A program made the position numbers and the translations under genes. Below are positions 32,426 to 38,605 of a stretch of 38,605 nt of DNA, one piece after another (positions within the stretch are counted from its first letter, which is position 1; every line of letters begins with the position of its first letter). The notes beneath the pieces were generated by a model that worked only from the letters and a program-made list of their open reading frames with translations, had not been told where the DNA came from and ran no database searches. The stretch comes from an uncultured delta proteobacterium (GTDB taxonomy: Bacteria; Desulfobacterota; Syntrophobacteria; Syntrophobacterales; Syntrophobacteraceae), in the NCBI GenBank assembly GCA_963808625.1, contig CAWEHK010000045.1:1-38605 (forward strand). The letters are read 5' to 3'.

Positions 32426-32535
32426 GTCTGTTCTCCAGCCTCGGATTCTCGGCCTTCCAGGAGCCTCCAGTCGTCAATCTCTTGTTGGGCTTGAACTGTG
32501 ATGTATCCGAAGGAAATTGCGTGGGCGTATGACAA

Positions 32536-32979
32536 GAGGTGCATTGCCGCATAGGCCCGCCAGCGCCTCCACTTCTCTGCCGCGGCCAGCACCTTGGCTG
32601 GACTCCTTTCATTCATGGCTTTCATCACACCGTAGTCGGTGTGGGGAAAAGCGTCGGGCCAGGCGAGCGCTCGCATTGCCACATATTGAGCGGTCCAGAC
32701 CCTGGCGCCCAGAAGGTTCATCAGAGCCTTCAGCGTCTCCTCGACGTCGCCGCCGGGCTCAAGGCAGAGGGCGCCGTCTGCGACCGCCCGAGCCAGGGCA
32801 ATGATGGATTTTGCCCTTTGGGAGACGATGCCCAGTTCGGCGATCCTTGAGACGCTGCACCCAGCGATTCTTCGGGGCTTCGGGAAGAGGAGGCGGATCT
32901 CCTGAAAGGGGGTTTGGACCCGCTCTCCGAAAGCCTCGGCGAAGCGGCCGGCAATGGTACTCGCCGCCTTAACCGTAAT
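32536..32979 (-). pseudogene. alkA: Internal fragment of an AlkA-type DNA-3-methyladenine glycosylase
   Basis: A single frame reads ITVKAASTIAGRFAEAFG...LFPKP...WTAQYVAMRAL.WPDAFP.TDYG...WRAYAAMHL. It has no start, the GQQ before ITV is missing, the HhH motif is degenerate, and the C-terminus is replaced. Confidence 0.8.
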
Positions 32980-33152
32980 AAAATATAACGGCCTGCGGAA
33001 CCGAAGTCGCGCCGTTTTCGGACATGGAAGAGAAGAAGATCAAGAGGGGCTCGGGTTAATCCCATTCAAGCGTCAAGGCATTCTCCCGCTTCAGATCCAC
33101 AAAACGATGATTGGAGAACTCGGCCGCAAAGGTACAAAAGTCGTTTCAAATG

Positions 33153-34466
33153 CTAGAAGTACCACTTCCATTCGAAGAACAGGCCATCGGGGAGCGTCCC
33201 GAACTCGCTTTCTATGTTCAACGCAAGCCCGGTGTCTATCTTTGGCTTTGGACCAAAACCGATCATCGCCCCGAAGAGGAGATCCATTTCGTTGGAAAGC
33301 GAAATGGTCGTCAAGGGCTGCAGCTGAAGCGACCCATCCGAGAGCGAAGCGATCGTCCCCAGCTGTCCGACCACAAGGGGGGTGAATTGATACTGCGCCG
33401 ATAACCCCACCAGGTTCCGGCTCAGCTGCAGGCTTGACCCGAACTGCGAGCGCACCAGGGCGGCGTTCAGGTTATTGGGGTCTCCCATGCCGTTGTAAAA
33501 ATATTCGAGATCCAGACTGAGGCTGTTTTCAAAGCGGTGCCCGAAGCCAAGGACTCCCTGGAAGTTGCTTTTGACCAGGTCGCCGGTCAGGGGAGCGGGC
33601 AGGGGATCGCTCGGCATGGCAATAAATTGCGCCAGTTCCGTTCGAATCTGGATGGGACCCACATCCCCGACGGCTCCTCCTCCCACCTGAAAACCTCCAA
33701 AGATTTTGCCAGCCTGCAGAGAAAAATCCCACCCCGACACGTTGGCGAACAGTCTTCCCATCAAGGCGGAACCATACCACGTGGCATCCCGAGGATAGTT
33801 GCCGGTTTGTTGGCCCGGCGCGATGCTTATCGTCGGTCCCGCCGAGCCGACCAGGTTGAGTCCCGAGAACCGGCCAAAGGGGATGTCCACTCTCAGCGCA
33901 TCGACGCCGGGTTTGTAATCCCGGTCAAACTGGCTGGCGCCGAAGGGAAAGAACACATCCAGAGGATTCCAAAAATAAGTCTTGCCAAAGGTGATCGCCT
34001 GGCGTCCCGTAGTGACGTCGCCCCAGTCGAAGGCCTTCTTGATGTTGAAACGATCGAAGACGAGCGTACAAAGGGTTTGATCCTGCTCGACGAAGTTCCA
34101 ATTGGCGTCCAGAGCGCGGTAGCGGTAGACGTTTCCGGTGTTCGTGTTCCCAAAAGTGAGCGGATTGCCTCCGGTGATCCTCTCCGTGGAAAAGGTGTCG
34201 CTCTGGACCAGATGGATTTCGTAGGAGAGCGATTTGGTGGGTTTGCCGGTGGCCGTCAGCCGGAGAATGGTCTGAGAGAGGACATCGAGATTGTGTTGCC
34301 CGGACAAAGGAACGGTTTGGCCCAGATTGAGCAGGAAAAAGAGGGTGCGAAGACTTCCGTCCAGGCCGAAGGCTTGCTCACTGTCTCCGATGAGCGCGAA
34401 GGCCTGCCGGCAGAACAACGCGTTCATCCAAAGGGAAGAACACAAGAGAAGACCGATCAGGGTTAA
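33153..34466 (-). CDS. Outer-membrane beta-barrel-like protein; start of the signal peptide displaced by IS91 copy 2
   Basis: GRQAITFG..FWNPLD.F.PF...FDRDYKPGVDA and a C-terminal aromatic motif EWKWYF. The frame stays open upstream as KLTLIGLLLCSS... up to the IS junction, with no ATG there. Confidence 0.7.
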   Translation of the reverse strand, partial: LTLIGLLLCSSLWMNALFCRQAFALIGDSEQAFGLDGSLRTLFFLLNLGQTVPLSGQHNLDVLSQTILRLTATGKPTKSLSYEIHLVQSDTFSTERITGGNPLTFGNTNTGNVYRYRALDANWNFVEQDQTLCTLVFDRFNIKKAFDWGDVTTGRQAITFGKTYFWNPLDVFFPFGASQFDRDYKPGVDALRVDIPFGRFSGLNLVGSAGPTISIAPGQQTGNYPRDATWYGSALMGRLFANVSGWDFSLQAGKIFGGFQVGGGAVGDVGPIQIRTELAQFIAMPSDPLPAPLTGDLVKSNFQGVLGFGHRFENSLSLDLEYFYNGMGDPNNLNAALVRSQFGSSLQLSRNLVGLSAQYQFTPLVVGQLGTIASLSDGSLQLQPLTTISLSNEMDLLFGAMIGFGPKPKIDTGLALNIESEFGTLPDGLFFEWKWYF

Positions 34467-34470
34467 CTTG

Positions 34471-35163
34471 ATAGTATAGGAATTTGCATTTTTTCTCCAA
34501 TGATATCAGAGGGATTGTGATAGTAAGAAGAGTGGGACCAAAAGTGAGAGGGAGTGAGTGTCGGGAGTTGATCGGGATACTTTCCGTCAGATATTCGAGG
34601 ATCATTGGGGAGAGTTCAAGGAGTGTCATCAGGGATATGGCACGCAATATTACGATGAAGTAGTGGGGAAGATGCTGGGATGTGGAAAAGAGGAGGGTGG
34701 ATATAGTGAGTACTTGTGCACCCGTTGAGGGAAGGATCTTCGGCGGGTGTGTTTCACCTGCAAGAGTTGTTTTTGTCTTTCGTGTTCTAAGGGATACACG
34801 GATGATTTTGTAGCGGAAGTGAGCGGTGTTCTTCAGGCTGGAGTGAGATACCGTCACATGATTCTGACGGTTCCGGAACAACTTCGGATGACATTCTATG
34901 GGATCGACATGAAGGGAAGCTTCTTTCGGCATTAATGCGCTGTGGTTATGGATGTCTTGAGGATGTGGTGAGCGTGGCAGTGCGTCAGCAAGTGAAGATC
35001 GGAGGAATAGTGGTAGTTCAAACCCATGGCCGGTCGGGTCACTACAATCCACATGTTCACATCATCATGACCAGTGGAGGTGTGAACGAAAAGACGGGCA
35101 GTTGGGTGGAGTTGGGGTATTTCCCGTATGAGATCATCCACAAGAAGTGGCAATATCACCTTT
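34471..35163 (+). mobile_element. IS91-family element copy 2, truncated by an IS21 insertion
   Basis: Left end CTTG|ATAGTATAGGAATTTGCATTTTT. Collinear with copy 1 up to ...KKWQYHL, where IS21 begins. Confidence 0.85.
34558..35163 (+). pseudogene. IS91-family transposase pseudogene
   Basis: GTG start at 34558 (MSGVDRDTFRQIFEDHW), an in-frame TGA at 34726-34728 replacing a Zn-ligand Cys, a frameshift near 34900, and truncation at 35163. Confidence 0.88.
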
Positions 35164-35355
35164 TGTCAGCGGTGATCTGAAACTGCGTTAAAAGCGGCGC
35201 ACTGAAGATGTCGGTCGCCATAGCTGTATTTTCTTCCAAAGCATCCACATAAAATTCTTGTTTCTCCTTCATTTCTTCTTCGTATCTTCTTTGCTTGGTG
35301 TTTTCTACCGAAGACCTCGCTATTGACCTGATTTTTGAACACGAAGGACAGGTCG

Positions 35356-35931
35356 ATGGCAAAACCCATCAGAAAGCGCAAGTGCAAGAACTGTCACGAT
35401 TTCTTTCCCCCGGACCACCGCAATGCCTGGCATCAGGATTACTGTTCCAAACCCGAATGCCGAAAGGCCAGCAAGGCGAACAGCCAAAAGAAGTGGCTGA
35501 TGAAGGAGGAAAACCGGGACCACTTCCGGGGACCTGAGAATGTTCAGCGGGTGCGGGAGTGGCGCCGGTCCCATCCCGGCTATTGGCGGCCCAAGACCAC
35601 CGGAAAGGAAGAACCGTTACAAGATCTCTTAATCGAGAAAACATCGCAAATTCCATCACTTGAGACACCTTTGCCCAAACCACCGTTACAAGATCTCTTA
35701 AACTCGCAAACCCTTGTGGTCATTGGGCTGATCGCTCATTTAACCGGATCTGCGTTACAAGATCACATCGCCCTCACCGCTCACCGTTTGCAACAATTGG
35801 GCGCCGATATTCTCAATGGTTCAACTCAAATCAAAGGAGAAGGTTATGATCCACAAGCGTCCCATTTGTTCCGAGCGGATCAGAAAGGTCCCCAGCCAGT
35901 TCAGCTGGGTGGATCACCGTCTGGTCCGTGA
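35356..35931 (+). CDS. IS21-associated hypothetical protein with an N-terminal Cys cluster and LQD repeats
   Basis: RKCKNCHDFF..D.RN..HQDYCSKPECRKASK, then WRRSHPGYW and PLQDLL x2 / ALQD. AAGGA RBS. Confidence 0.75.
   Translation: MAKPIRKRKCKNCHDFFPPDHRNAWHQDYCSKPECRKASKANSQKKWLMKEENRDHFRGPENVQRVREWRRSHPGYWRPKTTGKEEPLQDLLIEKTSQIPSLETPLPKPPLQDLLNSQTLVVIGLIAHLTGSALQDHIALTAHRLQQLGADILNGSTQIKGEGYDPQASHLFRADQKGPQPVQLGGSPSGP
35613..35764 (+). repeat. Three CGTTACAAGATC repeats at an exact 69-bp period inside IS21 ORF1
   Basis: The core occurs at 35615, 35684 and 35753. The first two extend to a perfect 20-mer ACCGTTACAAGATCTCTTAA (35613-35632 and 35682-35701). Confidence 0.85.
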
Positions 35932-36241
35932 CCGCCACCTTGAAGCCATCACCCATCCGGCCGCCGCCCTCTACCTCTTTTTGATCACCGTAGCCGATGC
36001 TCAGGGGCTCAGTTACTATTCCGACGCTGCCATCATGGCGTGTCTCACTATGGACTCACTCATGCTGGACCAAGCCCGCAACAATCTCATCAGGGCCGAG
36101 CTTATCGCCTATCGCAAGCCCCTCTATCAGGTGCTTTCACTCGAGCCGCGGACCCTCCTGTCAGCTCCTGCCCGCACGCCACTTGATAAACCCATGGCTC
36201 TTGCCCAGATCTTCAAACAAATGATGGGAGGCGCCCAATGA
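35846..36241 (+). CDS. IS21-associated putative winged-helix DNA-binding protein
   Basis: FSWVDHRLV...AAALYLFLITVADAQGLSYYSD..I...L...RNNLIRAELI has a wHTH-like pattern. AAGGAGA RBS and an ATGA overlap with istA. Confidence 0.75.
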   Translation: MIHKRPICSERIRKVPSQFSWVDHRLVRDRHLEAITHPAAALYLFLITVADAQGLSYYSDAAIMACLTMDSLMLDQARNNLIRAELIAYRKPLYQVLSLEPRTLLSAPARTPLDKPMALAQIFKQMMGGAQ

Positions 36242-37722
36242 TCGACTTTGAACTTTACACAAAAATCAAAAACTACTATGAGCAGGAAGGCCTCAAGCCC
36301 ACCCAAATCGCGGAACAGATCGGACTCGATCCGCGCACCGTCCACAAGTGGCTGCGAGAAAAACGCTTCCGCCAGCGAAAGTCCTCGTTGCCGAGGGCGA
36401 GTAAGCTCGACCCCTTTAAAGACTCCATTCTCCGCATGCTCGAAGCGCATCCCTATTCCGCCGCCCAGGTCCTTCAGCGAATTCGGGATGAGGGCTATGA
36501 CGGCGCCTACACTATCGTCAAAGAGTATGTGCGCAAGGTCCGGCCACGGCGTGCCCAGCCCTTCCTCAAACTTGCCTTTGCCCCCGGTGAGTGCGCCCAG
36601 GTCGACTGGGGCTCCTATCGCTCCATTCGCGTGGGTGAATCCGAACGACGGCTCAGCTTCTTTGTCATGGTCCTTTGCTACAGCCGGAGGATGTACCTGG
36701 AATTTACCGTATCGCAGACCATGGAGCACTTCCTTGCCTGCCATCAAAACGCCTTTACCGCTTTTGGCTCGGCACCCAGGAAAATCATGGTCGACAATTT
36801 GAAATCCGCCGTACTCAAACGCATTATCGGCCATGCTCCCCTCTTCAACCCCACCTACCTCGACTTTGCCAATCACTATGGCTTCACCATCTCCCCTTGT
36901 GGGGTGGGCAAAGGCAACGAGAAAGGACGCGTCGAAAACGGCGTCGGTTATGTTAAGAAGAATTTCCTGGCAGGGCTCGACCTCCCCATTTTTGACGCCA
37001 TCAATCCGGCCGCCGCCCAATGGCTCAACACCGTTGCCAATGTCCGTATCCATGGGGAAACCAGAAGAAAGCCCATCGATATGTTCGAAGAAGAAAAAAA
37101 CTCCCTCCTTCCCCTTCCTCACCACCCTTACGACATCGGCGTTATCAAGGAGGTCAGAGCTTCCTCTCAATTTCGCGTGACGGTTGACGCCAACCACTAC
37201 TCCGTGCCCGCTGAATATGCCGGGGCTCGCCTCACTCTCAAATCCTATCCCGACAGGATCTGCATCTATCATGACGGCCGACTCATCGCTCGCCATTCCA
37301 GGTCCTATGACAGGAATAAGGACATTGAAGACCCGGACCATCCCAAGGAGTTGATCGCCCAACGCCGAAAGGCTCGCGCCCAAAAGATCTTCATGCGCTT
37401 CCTCGCCCTTTCTCCAAGGGCCCAGGACTATTACCGCGAGCTTGAAAAAAAGCGCCTCAACCCCTCCCATCACTTGCACAAAATCGTGGCGCTAAGCGAA
37501 GTGTATGGCGCCGATTCAGTGGCCAGGGCCATGGAGGACGCCTTCCACTTTCAAGCCTTCTCCTCCGAGTACATCGCCAATCTTTGCGAACAGCGCTCAA
37601 GGCGTCTCCCCGAGCCCGGCGCACTCCATCTCACCCGGAGAGAAGATCTCCTTGACCTTGATGTCGAGCAACCCGATCTCTCCGTTTATCAAAACAAAAC
37701 CCAAGTACAACCTGAGGAGTAG
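36238..37722 (+). CDS. istA: IS21-family DDE transposase IstA
   Basis: N-terminal HTH, SKLDPFK, PGECAQVDWG, YSRRMY, MVDNLKSAV, KGRVEN.V.YVK, R.HGET and NHYSVP. Confidence 0.95.
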   Translation: MIDFELYTKIKNYYEQEGLKPTQIAEQIGLDPRTVHKWLREKRFRQRKSSLPRASKLDPFKDSILRMLEAHPYSAAQVLQRIRDEGYDGAYTIVKEYVRKVRPRRAQPFLKLAFAPGECAQVDWGSYRSIRVGESERRLSFFVMVLCYSRRMYLEFTVSQTMEHFLACHQNAFTAFGSAPRKIMVDNLKSAVLKRIIGHAPLFNPTYLDFANHYGFTISPCGVGKGNEKGRVENGVGYVKKNFLAGLDLPIFDAINPAAAQWLNTVANVRIHGETRRKPIDMFEEEKNSLLPLPHHPYDIGVIKEVRASSQFRVTVDANHYSVPAEYAGARLTLKSYPDRICIYHDGRLIARHSRSYDRNKDIEDPDHPKELIAQRRKARAQKIFMRFLALSPRAQDYYRELEKKRLNPSHHLHKIVALSEVYGADSVARAMEDAFHFQAFSSEYIANLCEQRSRRLPEPGALHLTRREDLLDLDVEQPDLSVYQNKTQVQPEE

Positions 37723-37727
37723 ATGTT

Positions 37728-38501
37728 ATGGACGAAGACAAAACCATTCTCGACCCAAAGAAAAACAAACCCGACCTGGAGGACCATTTAAAGCTCCTCA
37801 AGCTCTCCTACATGCACCATAACTTCGAGACCCTCGCCAACCAGGCTGCCCATAAAGCCTGGTCCCACATCGACTATCTTGCAGCCCTTGCCGATGGCGA
37901 GGCAGCTTTGCGCCATGACCGCGCCATTGAGAGGAAAATTCGAAACGCTCGCTTCCCCGTCATCAAAACCCTTGAGCAGTTCCGATGGAATTGGCCCACT
38001 CTCATCAACCGGGCGACCGTTCAGAACCTCTTTCGCCTCAAATTCCTTGATGAAAAAGCCAATGTTATCTTCCTGGGAGGGGTGGGCCTTGGAAAAACTC
38101 ATCTTGCCACCGCCCTCGGCTATGCCGCCTGTCGCCAAGGTAAATCCGTCCTCTTCGCCTCCGCCATCGATGTAATCAACACCCTCTCCCTGGCGCAGGA
38201 AGCTAATCGCCTGAAAGCTGAGCTCAAAAAGTATCTCGCACCAACTTTGTTGATCCTCAACGAGCTCGGGTATCTCCCCATCGATAAGCGCGGCGCCGAT
38301 CTCCTCTTCCAGATCATCAGTTTGCGCTATGAACAAGGGTCCCTGGCCATCACCTCGAACCGGGCCTTCAAACACTGGCCCCAGATCTTCAACAACGATT
38401 CCACCTTGACCGCGGCCATCCTCGATCGCCTCCTCCATCATGCTGAGACGATCTTGATCGAGGGCAAAAGCTATCGCATGAAAGGTCAGATTGAACCCTA
38501 A
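37728..38501 (+). CDS. istB: IS21-family ATPase IstB
   Basis: ARFP..KTLEQF, GGVGLGKTHLA, LLIL(N)ELGY, RYE.GS..ITSN, AILDRLLHH and GKSYR. Confidence 0.95.
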   Translation: MDEDKTILDPKKNKPDLEDHLKLLKLSYMHHNFETLANQAAHKAWSHIDYLAALADGEAALRHDRAIERKIRNARFPVIKTLEQFRWNWPTLINRATVQNLFRLKFLDEKANVIFLGGVGLGKTHLATALGYAACRQGKSVLFASAIDVINTLSLAQEANRLKAELKKYLAPTLLILNELGYLPIDKRGADLLFQIISLRYEQGSLAITSNRAFKHWPQIFNNDSTLTAAILDRLLHHAETILIEGKSYRMKGQIEP

Positions 38502-38517
38502 TTCCAGACATTTCACT

Positions 38518-38554
38518 GCCGCCGGCGCCCAAGAAGATAAGGGGCGCCAGCGGC
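38518..38554 (+). terminator. GC-rich hairpin downstream of istB
   Basis: GCCGCCGGCGCCC ... GGGCGCCAGCGGC is a 12/13 inverted match. There is no strong U-tract. Confidence 0.4.
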
Positions 38555-38605
38555 TGCCTCTATATTTCCATGAGCATTTTTAAACCGTCACTTTTACTAC
38601 ATTTC

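Larger units (their letters stand above)
35164..38605 (+). mobile_element. IS21-family element with two extra ORFs upstream of istA (right end just beyond the window)
   Basis: The left end TGTCAGCGGTGATCTGAAACTGCG...GGCGCACTGAAGATG sits exactly at the IS91 tnp break. Contains istA-istB. The last ~35 nt of the window resemble the reverse complement of the left subterminal repeats. Confidence 0.85.

Noticed and set aside
35613..35764. Possible mini-CRISPR array (regular repeat-spacer period)
   Set aside because: The repeats are only 12-20 bp, in frame inside a coding sequence, and there is no cas gene or leader. Kept as an iteron-like repeat instead.
36127..38516. Long minus-strand ORFs of 450 aa and 242 aa
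   Set aside because: Antisense shadows of istA and istB.

Overview
The window looks like a Desulfobacterota-type (deltaproteobacterial) chromosome, judged from gene content and synteny only. It has three zones. (1) 1-4.7 kb is an AT-rich defence-island edge: an AAA_14/DUF4143 ATPase, then a coupled mcrB-mcrC-UvrD-like helicase operon, with mcrC interrupted by a 136-bp MITE (perfect 20-bp TIRs, 7-bp TSD). (2) 4.9-28.4 kb is mostly housekeeping: NIL-ferredoxin, mtaB, DUF6178-like, sufC/sufB (SmsCB-like), coaE, ppiD, a tandem pair of dynamin-like GTPases, yhaM, holB, ricT, metG, an accessory AAA-wHTH ATPase, rsmB, DUF116, fmt and def. Its intergenic gaps hold MITE shells with REP-like palindromes nested inside. 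(3) 28.6-38.6 kb is a mobile hotspot. Two IS91-family rolling-circle elements carry their oriIS-like end upstream of the transposase, opposite to IS91/ISCR, and the complete copy has a small Zn-ribbon ORF at its terIS-like end. They flank CoA-transferase genes, an alkA fragment and a decapitated outer-membrane protein gene. The second copy is interrupted by a four-gene IS21-family element carrying 69-bp-periodic repeats. Many single-base frameshifts in conserved genes in the left 22 kb are most likely consensus errors. All calls come from reading the sequence; no database searches were run.
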